NCBI GenBank assembly: GCA_020350785.1
Contig: CP070722.1
Location: forward strand, 4,020,692 to 4,084,030
DNA length: 63,339 nt
Reading direction: 5' to 3'
DNA from: Gemmatimonadota bacterium
Lineage (GTDB): Bacteria; Gemmatimonadota; Gemmatimonadetes; Palauibacterales; KS3-K002
Below, one piece after another: positions 9,507 through 18,963 of the stretch. Each line of letters opens with the position of its first letter. Positions within the stretch are counted from its first letter, which is position 1. The notes beneath the pieces are model-generated. The model was given only the letters and a program-made list of their open reading frames with translations. It did not search any database and was not told the DNA's origin. Position numbers and translations under genes: made by a program.

Positions 9507-10418
9507 ATGCGTGCCTCTCTGAAGCGGGCCGTCGAAAGTGTACTGGTGCGCGGCGGTGCGGCCTGGGCGGTACGGCGTCGACTGAGTGGCCGCCCGGCGA
9601 TCTTGGCCTACCACTACGTGGTACCCGACGACGTCCCGCCACAGGGAGACCGCTCTCTGCATGTGCCGTTCAAACGCTTTGCCCGGCAGCTAGATCTTCT
9701 TTGCGAGACTCACGAAGTCAGACCTCTGGACAGTTTGCGGTCCGGGGATACGGGAGCGAGTGAGCGACCTACGGCAGCGATCACCTTCGACGATGCCTAC
9801 CGCGGGGCCGTGACCCTTGCCGTCGAGGAGCTGGCCCGGCGCGGTCTTCCAGCCACGATCTTCGTCGCTCCGGGGCTGTTGGGCGACCGGTCCTTCTGGT
9901 GGGACGATCTCGCGGCCCAGGATGGGAGCGGACTCTCAGATCGTCTGCGTCGTACGGCGCTTGACGAGTTGAGCGGTCGGGAGTCGCTGATCAGGGAAAG
10001 GGCTCGGCAAGAGCGCTCTGCGGGCCGACCTTTGCCGGCTGTCATGCGGTCTGCGAGCGAAGGCGAGCTGGGCGACGCGGCCCGTCAGCCGGGAATAACT
10101 CTGGGTGCACACAGCTGGAGCCACCCAAACCTGGCGCGCTTGCGCTCCCCAGAGCTGGACTCCGAGCTTGGGGGCCCTCTGGATTGGCTGCGGTCGAATT
10201 ATTCGACGGTGATCGACTGGCTGGCCTATCCTTACGGTCGAACGTCTCCTGAGGTAGAGAGGGCGGCGAGGGCGGCGGGCTATGCCGGGTCGGTACTCAA
10301 TGACGGCGGACTTGCTCCGGGGCACGCGGTGGACCTGCTCGGGTTGCCGAGGGTGAACGTGCCGGCGGGCTTGTCCGATGATGGTTTCGTTCTCAGGTGT
10401 GCGGGACTGAGGCTCTGA
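9507..10418 (+). CDS. Polysaccharide deacetylase (CE4/NodB)
   Basis: TFDDAY, GAHSWSHPNL, LAYPYG, LPRVNV motifs. Confidence 0.9.
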   Translation: MRASLKRAVESVLVRGGAAWAVRRRLSGRPAILAYHYVVPDDVPPQGDRSLHVPFKRFARQLDLLCETHEVRPLDSLRSGDTGASERPTAAITFDDAYRGAVTLAVEELARRGLPATIFVAPGLLGDRSFWWDDLAAQDGSGLSDRLRRTALDELSGRESLIRERARQERSAGRPLPAVMRSASEGELGDAARQPGITLGAHSWSHPNLARLRSPELDSELGGPLDWLRSNYSTVIDWLAYPYGRTSPEVERAARAAGYAGSVLNDGGLAPGHAVDLLGLPRVNVPAGLSDDGFVLRCAGLRL

Positions 10419-10435
10419 TGGCAGGTGGGACGGCC

Positions 10436-11788
10436 TCAGTCGTCCAGAAGTTCTTCGATCGCCTCCACGAATTCCTCACTGATCCGGGCCTTGGTCAGCG
10501 CTGCCGTGTCATCGACCGTCCGCTCTTGTTCTAGCGCTCCCGCCTTCCAGCTCTGCACCAGGTCCGCCAGGATCGCAGCGTTGTAGCGGCCGTCGCTGTA
10601 GTCGACGCGGCGGCAGCGTGGGAACCGGCTCGCGACCCTCCAGGTCGCGCTGTCTTCACTCGCCATCACGACGACAGGATTACCGGTGCAAAGATAGTCA
10701 TACAGCTTTGTGGGGATCTGCACACTTAGATTCGGCGGTTGAGCGACGAGCAAGACCGACGGCTCCATCATCTGACTGACCGCCTCATGGAAAGGGAGCG
10801 TGGAGGTCGCCCTTATCAATATCCCGTCCGGCGGTGAAGCACAGAGGCTCTCCACTTCCTCAGCCCGACGGCCTATCAGCTCGATTGCCACCTCTCTCGG
10901 CTTTACAACCCCTTTCTCAACGAGTGACTCTATGCCGTTTATCAGTGGCATTACCGAGCGTCCTCGATATAGGTTGCCGAAGTGACTGAAACGGATCTCC
11001 GCGTGAGGTGGAATTCCGGACGCGTGTTCGCGGCGCGGCGCGTCGGATCCGTTCAGGATGGCACGAACGGGTCGCCTGCCGACTTCGCCGTAGCTCTTCA
11101 CGGCCCGCTCCATTATCGCCGGACTGTTGAAGAGGGCCAGGCTGGCCCGCCGAAGGACGCTCTTTTCCCAGCGCTTGGCTATCCAGTGACACCATTCGAA
11201 GTCGTAAGGGGTTTGGCGTCCGGTGTTTCCGGTCCAGGGATCGCGGAAATCCACGACGAGTGGACAACCCAAGCCGCGGGAAAGTCTGGCTGCGACCAGA
11301 ATGCCAGTCCAAGGTGGACCCGAGGCGAACACCGCATCGATCTTGCGAGTACGGGCCAGTTGCCGACCGACCCTTACCGCTGAGCGGTACCAGCCTCTCT
11401 GGTGATCGGGCAAGGCATCCCACGCCGCGACGGTTCTGCGCAGCAGCGTGAGCGGCGAGTGTTTGGGCTCCACGTCATGCACACGCTCCTCCTGCGGCGA
11501 GGGCGTTCCCTGAGGGCGCGAAGTGCCGGCGCCCGCAGCACCACGTCGCCGGGTGGCCAGGTAGATCTCACCTAGGGTGCGCCGGAAGTCGGAGCGGTGG
11601 ATTCGGTCGGGATAGGGGAAGATATCGTTGAGACTCGGGTCGGTTGTACGGAGCGCCTGAAGTGGCGCCGTTACCACGTGGACGTCATGGCCGTGCTCAT
11701 GTAGTGCGCGCGCGAAATGCAGCGACCTGTGTGTGCCACTGGCATTGTCCGGAGCGAAGTGGTATGCGACCATCAGGATACGATGCAT
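10436..11788 (-). CDS. Glycosyltransferase family 4-like (GT-B)
   Basis: RILMVAYHFAP..SG..R start, FASGPPW, DFRDPW, NG.D, HFGNLY.GR, PTKLYDYL. Start placed at ATG 11788. Confidence 0.85.
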   Translation of the reverse strand: MHRILMVAYHFAPDNASGTHRSLHFARALHEHGHDVHVVTAPLQALRTTDPSLNDIFPYPDRIHRSDFRRTLGEIYLATRRRGAAGAGTSRPQGTPSPQEERVHDVEPKHSPLTLLRRTVAAWDALPDHQRGWYRSAVRVGRQLARTRKIDAVFASGPPWTGILVAARLSRGLGCPLVVDFRDPWTGNTGRQTPYDFEWCHWIAKRWEKSVLRRASLALFNSPAIMERAVKSYGEVGRRPVRAILNGSDAPRREHASGIPPHAEIRFSHFGNLYRGRSVMPLINGIESLVEKGVVKPREVAIELIGRRAEEVESLCASPPDGILIRATSTLPFHEAVSQMMEPSVLLVAQPPNLSVQIPTKLYDYLCTGNPVVVMASEDSATWRVASRFPRCRRVDYSDGRYNAAILADLVQSWKAGALEQERTVDDTAALTKARISEEFVEAIEELLDD

Positions 11789-12282
11789 CGGTCGTCGCCT
11801 CGCGCCTGGCGTCGCGGCCTCCCGTTCGTGCTTTCCCAGGGTCTCGTCCAACTCGCTCAACCTCCATTGATCTGCTGTGGCCCACGAGGCTTGCTCGCTG
11901 GCGCCGCAGGAGCAGGATCGGGGCCAGAGGTCCGGGGCCATGAGGGTGGCAGCACCGCGCTTTTCCGGCAAGCCCCGGGCGCTCGGGTGACGGGGTGCTC
12001 AGGCGAAGAGAGGCCGAACGATCCGATTGTTGCTTCGACGCAACGATTCGGCCCTTCCCGCCCCGAATCGAGCCCGATCCGGGCGGGAGTGCCACCGGTC
12101 TCGGGCCGGGGCGGCCGGCCCAAAAGCCAGTAGCCACGGCCTCTTTCTTGCTCCGCAGGCGCTGAGCCGGGCCGTTGCGTACTTGCGCTAGGCGGGCGGC
12201 GCAAGTAGAGAGGAGCGGCCTCGGCTCTTGTCCGAGAGTCCGCTGTTACCGCGCCAGACTGGGAACCGGGAGACTAGGGTCG

Positions 12283-13335
12283 GTGGTCGATCAGGAGCAG
12301 GAGGCAGTATCCGAGGGGGTCGCGGCGAGAGTGCGGCCTGACCGGAGCGAGGCGCCCGTTTTCGTAGTGGGGTGCGCGCGGTCCGGCACGACCCTTCTGT
12401 ATCACATGCTGCTGTCCGCCGGTGGGTTTGCCTACTACCGAGCGGAGACTCACGTGTACAACATGCTCGTCCCACGCTTTGGTCGGCTGCGAAGCGCCGC
12501 GGCCAGGAAGAAGCTGATGGACCTGTGGCTGAAGAGCATATTCTACCGGCGGTCGGGATTGGACGCGGACGAGATCAGGGCTCGAGTGGTGAACGAGTGT
12601 CGCAGCGGGGGTGACTTTCTGCGCGCGGTGATGGGTGGTATCGCGGATCGGCAGGGTGTCGGCCGCTGGTCGGATTGCACGCCGGCGCATCTGCTACACA
12701 TGCGAGAGATTAAGGAAGAGATACCCAATGCGCTGTTCTTGCACATCATCCGTGACGGTCGGGATGTCGCGCTGTCCCTCGAGCGAGCGGGTTGGTTATC
12801 GAATTTCCCTTGGGACAAACGCCGCAGAGTCCACGTTGCGGGTCTGCACTGGGAGTGGGCGGTGACGAGGGGCCGAAGAGAGGCGCGAGCGCTTGCCTCG
12901 GACTACATGGAGGTTTCGTTCGAAGAGCTTGTGAGCGACCCTCGCGGCACGCTGAGCGGTATCGGTTCTTTTGTCGATCACGATTTGAACTATGACCACA
13001 TCTTGGAGAACGCCGTGGGCTCGTTGAAGCGACCGAACACGTCGTTTGGAACGGAAGCCAGAGATGGCGCCTTCAATCCAATCGGGCGCTGGAAGAAGGG
13101 TCTTACCGAAGACGATTTGGCGACTTTCGAGGCGCTAGTCGGGCGGACGCTGAAGGGTCTCGGCTACGAGCTTAGCAGCGGCGCGGCTGGAACGAGTAAG
13201 ACCTTGAATCCGAGGCTGGTTCGTGCGGCCTATCGATCGTATTTCTCGGCCAAGCGCTGGGCGAAGGTAAAGACACCTCTCGGTCGGTTTCTGACGGATG
13301 TCGAGATGCTGAGGGAGCAGGGAAGCTCACCCTAG
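12283..13335 (+). CDS. Sulfotransferase family protein
   Basis: FVVGCARSGTTLL, IIRDGRDVALS, FEELVSDP, IGRWKK. Start approximate (GTG 12283). Confidence 0.9.
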   Translation: MVDQEQEAVSEGVAARVRPDRSEAPVFVVGCARSGTTLLYHMLLSAGGFAYYRAETHVYNMLVPRFGRLRSAAARKKLMDLWLKSIFYRRSGLDADEIRARVVNECRSGGDFLRAVMGGIADRQGVGRWSDCTPAHLLHMREIKEEIPNALFLHIIRDGRDVALSLERAGWLSNFPWDKRRRVHVAGLHWEWAVTRGRREARALASDYMEVSFEELVSDPRGTLSGIGSFVDHDLNYDHILENAVGSLKRPNTSFGTEARDGAFNPIGRWKKGLTEDDLATFEALVGRTLKGLGYELSSGAAGTSKTLNPRLVRAAYRSYFSAKRWAKVKTPLGRFLTDVEMLREQGSSP

Positions 13336-14568
13336 ATGAAATCACTCACAAGCGTCGTGCGTGAGAGGGGCCTCGAGGGTTGGTTGAGGCGGACACGCGG
13401 CCGTCGGCCACCGGCGATCGTGCTGGGCGGGTCGGTCAATGGCCTCAGCTTCGCGCGAAGCCTGTCTCGACGTGGCGTGCCGACGCTGATGCTGGATAGC
13501 GAGCCGCTGATCGGAACCTATACGCAGCACGCCGAGACCGTGCTCTTGCCTGCGGCGGACGAGCAGCCGGAAGTCTGGGTCGAGACTCTGGAGCGCGTCG
13601 GCTCGCGGCTTGATTGTTCGGCGGCTGTCTTTGCCACGTCCGATGTCCACGGGGTTCTGCTGGCAGAGAACGAGGACGCCCTGCGGAGCTACTATCGCTT
13701 CCTCATTCCGGGTTCGCTGGCGATGGAACGTATCGTCAACAAGCGGGCGCAGTACGGGGTGGCGGAATCGGTGGGCATCCCGATCCCGCGGTCGGAATTC
13801 CCGGAGTCTGTGGAGGAGGCCGCACGGATCTCGAAGCGGTTCCCCTATCCATGTATCCTCAAGCCGTACAAGGCGCACGTCGCGCGCAAAAAAGTCCCGA
13901 AGAAGGTGGCGGTGGTGGACTCTCCTGGCCAGCTGGTTGCGGAATTCGGACGCCTGGCTTCCCCTGATGTGCCGTATATGGTGCAGGAGATCATACCGGG
14001 CGCCGATAGCGCTCTCTTCGGCTATCTCGCCTTCTGGGATGCCGAGGGCTGCGAGCGTGCCTGGCTGACCAAGCGCAAGCTGCGCCAGAACCCTCCGCAC
14101 TACGGAGACGGGTCTCTGCAGGTCAGCGCGGAAGCGCCCGAAGTCGCGGAACTGAGCCGTCGGCTTCTCGAGGCGTTCGACTATCGAGGCTTCGTTGGTG
14201 TCGAGTTCAAGTACGACGCGCGGGACGGAAGCTACAAGCTGATGGAGATCAACCCGCGCACGGTATCTGGAAATCAGCTCGCCATCAGCTCGGGCGTCGA
14301 CTTCCCCTGGCTGGGCTACCTCTACCTGACCGGCGGCGCAGCGGAGATGCCGGCTGTGAGCTTCCAGCCAGGAGTCAAGTACGTGAACGAGGAGTGGGAT
14401 CTCAAAGCGTTTCTGGCGCTGCACAAGACCGGGGATTTGACCTTACGAGACTGGGTGAGGTCCCTTGCCGGTGCGCGGGCGCGGGCGATCTGGGCGCTGG
14501 ACGACCCGCTGCCATTGCTGGTGGTAGGGTGGAGAATGCTGAAGGCGGCGGCCCGTGCTCGGCGCTAG
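13336..14568 (+). CDS. ATP-grasp carboxylate-amine ligase (D-aspartate ligase/YxbA-like)
   Basis: IVNKRAQY, PCILKP, MVQEIIPG, KRKLRQNPP..G.G, VEFKYDARDG.YKLMEINPR; starts directly after the sulfotransferase stop. Confidence 0.8.
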   Translation: MKSLTSVVRERGLEGWLRRTRGRRPPAIVLGGSVNGLSFARSLSRRGVPTLMLDSEPLIGTYTQHAETVLLPAADEQPEVWVETLERVGSRLDCSAAVFATSDVHGVLLAENEDALRSYYRFLIPGSLAMERIVNKRAQYGVAESVGIPIPRSEFPESVEEAARISKRFPYPCILKPYKAHVARKKVPKKVAVVDSPGQLVAEFGRLASPDVPYMVQEIIPGADSALFGYLAFWDAEGCERAWLTKRKLRQNPPHYGDGSLQVSAEAPEVAELSRRLLEAFDYRGFVGVEFKYDARDGSYKLMEINPRTVSGNQLAISSGVDFPWLGYLYLTGGAAEMPAVSFQPGVKYVNEEWDLKAFLALHKTGDLTLRDWVRSLAGARARAIWALDDPLPLLVVGWRMLKAAARARR

Positions 14569-14616
14569 TCCGCAGGAGGGAACTCTCGTGGGCTTGGCCC
14601 CAATTTGTCGGCGATC

Positions 14617-16551
14617 ATGTGTGGCATAGTCGGATATCTCAGGCTGAGTGGCGAAGCTGGTTTCGATCTTCGATCCGCGGTCGAGGCCGCACGCGATCGG
14701 CTAACGCACCGAGGTCCCGATGACGCCGGACTCTACGTCAGCCCGGACGGCCGCTGCGTACTTGGGCACCGCCGCCTGTCGATCCTGGATCTCTCTCCGG
14801 CCGGCCATCAACCGATGTCGAACGAAGATGGCAGTCTGTGGATCACGTTCAATGGTGAGATCTACAACTTCGCGCGCCTTCGTGAGGAGTTGATCGCCAA
14901 GGGCCACCGGTTCCGCTCGTCCACGGATACGGAGGTCATCCTACATCTCTATGAGGAAGAAGGCCCGGCGCTGGTGCACCGTCTGGACGGCATGTTCGCC
15001 TTCGTCATCTACGACGGTCCTCGACGACGGCTCTTCGGCGCGCGCGACCGATTGGGCGTCAAACCACTCTATCTGGCGGTGTCCGATCGGCGATTCGCCT
15101 TTGCGTCGGAGCCCAAAGCGCTGTTGGCGTTGCCCGACGTGAGCCCGGCCCCGCGGGCGGACGAGCTGCCAAGCTATCTCGCCTTCAACTGCCTGCCCGG
15201 CCCTGCCACCCTCTATGAGGAGATAGAGAAGCTGGGTCCCGGCATGCTGTTCGAAATCGATGTTAGCGGCAGCATCCGTCGTGAGCAGTACTGGCTGCCC
15301 GGAGTCACCGGTGAGCCGTCGGGCGATGGTTACGGGGAGCTGACGCAGAGTCTGGGCAGGCGGCTGGCCGAGGCCACCGAGAAACGGATGATCTCCGACG
15401 TACCGTTCGGCGCAATGCTGAGCGGCGGCATCGATTCCAGCTTGACCGTCGCCCTCATGAGCGAGGCGCTCGAGGAGCCAGTACGAACGTTCACGGTAGG
15501 GTATCCGGGGGATGCAGAGGATCGGGAGAGCGATCTTTCGTACGCGCGCCTGGTCGCCGGGAGGTTCGGGAGCCGACACCACGAGGTGATCCTCTCCGAC
15601 GACGAGATCTTGGCTGTTCTCGAGAGTCTTCCCGAGTTGGCCGACGACCCGATCGGCGCGCCGTCCGTTACGGCCAACCTGCAGCTTGCCCGCTTCACCC
15701 GGCGCAGCGGCGTGACCGTAGCGCAGGTGGGTGAAGGGGCGGATGAGGTGTTTTGCGGGTACGGTCCGGTACACCGGCTCTGGAAGCTGCAGCAGCGCCT
15801 CTCGATGTTTGATTCGCTCTTGCACCCCAAGCTCGCCGGCGCGTTGGCTCGGGGATTCGGACCCCTGCTCGAGCGTCTGGGTAACCCATCGCTCATCGGA
15901 TCGCTGGACGGCACGATTCAGGAGCACCTGCGCCGGCGCGCACGGGGTGAGCATGTCTTTTGGGGCTTTGGGGTTCTGTTCAACAGTCGCGAGCAGGAGA
16001 GGCTCTTTGCCCGGCGGCCGACCTCTGATCCTTACGATCACTTGCGATCGCGCCTGTGTCAGCTGAATGGCTTCGATGACCGACCCTACCTCGATCAGTT
16101 GGCGCTCATTGACATCGTCCTGGGCCTGGCCGAGCGCCTGCTAATGAGGGTCGACAAGGCTTCGATGCTATACAGCCTGGAGGCGCGGGTACCTTTTCTA
16201 GACCCGAGTGTGCTGGAGGTCGTCTTTCGGACGCCACCCGAACTGCGCGGAGCGGAAAGGAAGGCGTTTCTAAAAGCTTTTGCGCGGGACAAGTTGCCGG
16301 CGGAGGTCATCACGCGTCGTAAGGTCGGCTTCCCCACGGCTCAGAGGGTGTTCTTGGCGCCCAAGGTGGTCGGGCGGATTCGGGATAGTGTGATGGACCG
16401 ACGCTTCCTGGAATTCACGGGTTTCGACCGCGCCCGCCTGGCCGACTTCTTCAATGCGGCTCAAGGGGAGCGCTCCCCGTTCTTCTACCACATTTGGTCG
16501 CTCCACATCCTGTCCATGTGGTTTCATTGCTGGGTGGAAGGAAAGCGTTGA
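14617..16551 (+). CDS. asnB: Asparagine synthase (glutamine-hydrolysing) family amidotransferase
   Basis: MCGIVG Ntn cysteine, HRGPDD, HRRLSILD, FNGEIYN, LSGGIDSS, GEGADEVFCGY, SLEARVPFLD. Confidence 0.95.
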   Translation: MCGIVGYLRLSGEAGFDLRSAVEAARDRLTHRGPDDAGLYVSPDGRCVLGHRRLSILDLSPAGHQPMSNEDGSLWITFNGEIYNFARLREELIAKGHRFRSSTDTEVILHLYEEEGPALVHRLDGMFAFVIYDGPRRRLFGARDRLGVKPLYLAVSDRRFAFASEPKALLALPDVSPAPRADELPSYLAFNCLPGPATLYEEIEKLGPGMLFEIDVSGSIRREQYWLPGVTGEPSGDGYGELTQSLGRRLAEATEKRMISDVPFGAMLSGGIDSSLTVALMSEALEEPVRTFTVGYPGDAEDRESDLSYARLVAGRFGSRHHEVILSDDEILAVLESLPELADDPIGAPSVTANLQLARFTRRSGVTVAQVGEGADEVFCGYGPVHRLWKLQQRLSMFDSLLHPKLAGALARGFGPLLERLGNPSLIGSLDGTIQEHLRRRARGEHVFWGFGVLFNSREQERLFARRPTSDPYDHLRSRLCQLNGFDDRPYLDQLALIDIVLGLAERLLMRVDKASMLYSLEARVPFLDPSVLEVVFRTPPELRGAERKAFLKAFARDKLPAEVITRRKVGFPTAQRVFLAPKVVGRIRDSVMDRRFLEFTGFDRARLADFFNAAQGERSPFFYHIWSLHILSMWFHCWVEGKR

Positions 16552-16591
16552 TCGGTCTCGAGAGACATCGGAAAGTGGGTCATAGCTCCGG

Positions 16592-17716
16592 ATGTTGATA
16601 CAACACGTCGTGGCGCCGGCCGAAGTTGGCGGTCTCGAGCGGGTTGTGCAGGCGCTGGCCATCGGACACCGGGAGAGGGGGCACGATGTGCGCATAGTCG
16701 TCGTCCTGGACGAGGACGGGCTGGGCCATCCTTTCCTGGCGCCTTTTCGGCGCACCGGCGTTCAGGTGTTCCCGCTGCCGCTGGCACCGCGACGCTATCT
16801 CAAGGAGCGCGAGTTCGTGGCGCGGCTCTGTCAGCGCGGGAGACCCGATGTCGTGCACACGCACGGCTATCGCTGCGATGTGGTGGATTCCGGTGCGGCC
16901 CGGCGCCTCGGGATACCCACGGTCACCACGGTCCACGGCTTCACGGGCGGCGGTCCAAAGAACCGGCTGTATGAGTGGCTGCAGCGGCGCGCTTACCGGC
17001 GTTTCGACGCGGTGGTCGCCGTGTCCCGAGTGCAATTGGAGCAGCTCGCCGACTCGGGTGTGCCCCGCGAACGGCTCCAATTGCTGCCGAACGCCTGGAG
17101 CAAGACGGGTCCCCTAGCGAGCCGGGAGGAAGCCAGGCGGCGCCTGCGCATTAGGGATGGAGGCTTTCAGATAGGTTGGGTAGGACGTCTCAGCCGCGAA
17201 AAGGGTTTGGATGTCCTGCTGCAGGGGCTCACCAAGCTGGAAGACCTTGCATGGGAGTTGTCGGTGCTTGGTGTGGGTCGCGAAGAGGAAGGGCTGCGCA
17301 GCATCGTCCGGAGCTTGGGTCTGGAGGACAGGGTCGGGTGGCTGGGCAACGTGCGCGATGCGGGACGCCTGTTCGGGGCATTCGATCTTTTCGTGCTGAG
17401 CTCGCGGACTGAAGGGGTTCCCATGGTTCTATTCGAGGCGATGGCGGCTGAGACGCCGATCGTTGCGACGCGGGTCGGCGGCGTACCGGACGTTGTCTCG
17501 GACCAGGAGGCGCTTCTCGTTGCAGCGGAGGATCCGGCGGCCCTAGCGACCGCGATCCGCGCGGCTCACGACGACAGGGTCGCGGCATCGACACGGGCGG
17601 CGGCCGCGCGTCGGCGGCTGGACGAAGAATTCGCAGTCGAGCCCTGGCTCGAGCGATACGAGACTCTCTATCGCCGTCTCAACGATCCGGTGGAGACTGC
17701 TGTCGGCCGCTCATGA
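16592..17716 (+). CDS. Glycosyltransferase family 4
   Basis: GGLER, HTHG, TVHG, GRLSREKG, SSRTEGVPMVLFEAMA. Confidence 0.92.
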   Translation: MLIQHVVAPAEVGGLERVVQALAIGHRERGHDVRIVVVLDEDGLGHPFLAPFRRTGVQVFPLPLAPRRYLKEREFVARLCQRGRPDVVHTHGYRCDVVDSGAARRLGIPTVTTVHGFTGGGPKNRLYEWLQRRAYRRFDAVVAVSRVQLEQLADSGVPRERLQLLPNAWSKTGPLASREEARRRLRIRDGGFQIGWVGRLSREKGLDVLLQGLTKLEDLAWELSVLGVGREEEGLRSIVRSLGLEDRVGWLGNVRDAGRLFGAFDLFVLSSRTEGVPMVLFEAMAAETPIVATRVGGVPDVVSDQEALLVAAEDPAALATAIRAAHDDRVAASTRAAAARRRLDEEFAVEPWLERYETLYRRLNDPVETAVGRS

Positions 17717-18900
17717 AAGACCTGGCGTTGATTCTGATCGGGATAGCCGTGGCCTTCGTCGGCTATACGTACCTGGGCTATCCCCTCCTCCTCAAGGCGC
17801 TGGCGTGGATTCGGGGAACACGTCCGGCACGCGAGCCCGCGCCGCAGACCCCCAGGATCACCATCACGCTGGCGGCGTACAACGAGGCCGCCGCGATTCG
17901 CGGAACCTTGGAGAATCTGCTCGCCTTGGATTATCCGGCGGAACGTCGACAGGTCCTGGTGATCTCCGATGCATCCACCGACAATACCGACGAGATCGTA
18001 GCCGAGTTTGCGGACAGAGGGGTCCAGCTGTTGCGCTTGCCGCAGCGGTCCGGAAAGACGGCAGCGGAGAACGCGGCTCTGGAACACGTAAGCGGTGACA
18101 TCATCGTCAATACCGATGCTTCGGTCCGTGTCGAGCGCAATGCTCTGAGGCATCTGATTGCGGCCTTCGATGATCCCTCGGTAGGCCTGGCGTCGGGCCG
18201 CGACGTGAGCGTGGCGAACCTCGAAGGCGAGACTAACCTTGGTGAGTCCGACTACGTCGGATACGAGATGTGGCTGCGCGAGCAGGAAACACGGGTCTGG
18301 GGGATTATCGGTGCATCCGGCTGCTTCTACGCGATCCGGGCTGACCTGCACAGGTCCGAGATTCCTGCCGGGCTGAGCCGGGACTTCGCGGCGGCTCTCT
18401 ATACCAGAGAGCAGGGTTTTCGTTCGGTGTCTGTGAACGAGGCTCGCTGCTTCGTGCCGCGCGCGGCGTCTCTCCGGACCGAGTATCCGCGCAAGGTACG
18501 AACGCTGGCGCGGGGCCTCAGGACTCTCTTCTACAAGCGGGCGCTACTGAACCCATTTCGGTATGGTCTATTTGCCTGGATGCTGATCAGCCACAAGTTG
18601 TGCCGCTGGCTGGTCCCCTGGGCTCTGGCACTTGGCCTGCTGGGTGTCGTGCTGTTGGGCGCGCTGGAACCGTGGGGGGTCTGGTTGCTGGGCGCGGTGG
18701 CGCTGGGCCTGGGCGCGGCGGTGGTGGGCTGGGTCTGGCCCGGCGAGGGAGAGATAGGACGGATACTGGCTCTGCCGGCTTACCTGGCGGCTGGCAATCT
18801 CGCGGCCTTGCATGCCTGGATTCGCGTGCTGCGCAGGCGTGCGGACGCGGTGTGGGAGCCGACACGCCGTGGCAGCCGGGGCGCGTTCGATGCGAGCTGA
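17713..18900 (+). CDS. Glycosyltransferase family 2 (membrane-anchored)
   Basis: N-terminal TM, AAYNEA, SDASTD, GKTAAEN, NTDA (DxD-like), GASGCFYAIR, C-terminal TMs; ATGA overlap with the upstream gene. Confidence 0.92.
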   Translation: MKDLALILIGIAVAFVGYTYLGYPLLLKALAWIRGTRPAREPAPQTPRITITLAAYNEAAAIRGTLENLLALDYPAERRQVLVISDASTDNTDEIVAEFADRGVQLLRLPQRSGKTAAENAALEHVSGDIIVNTDASVRVERNALRHLIAAFDDPSVGLASGRDVSVANLEGETNLGESDYVGYEMWLREQETRVWGIIGASGCFYAIRADLHRSEIPAGLSRDFAAALYTREQGFRSVSVNEARCFVPRAASLRTEYPRKVRTLARGLRTLFYKRALLNPFRYGLFAWMLISHKLCRWLVPWALALGLLGVVLLGALEPWGVWLLGAVALGLGAAVVGWVWPGEGEIGRILALPAYLAAGNLAALHAWIRVLRRRADAVWEPTRRGSRGAFDAS

Positions 18901-18963
18901 ATCGGTCCGCGACCCGAGCTGGGGCTCGGCGGAAAGAACGCGAGCACGGGGGAGGTAGACGCT

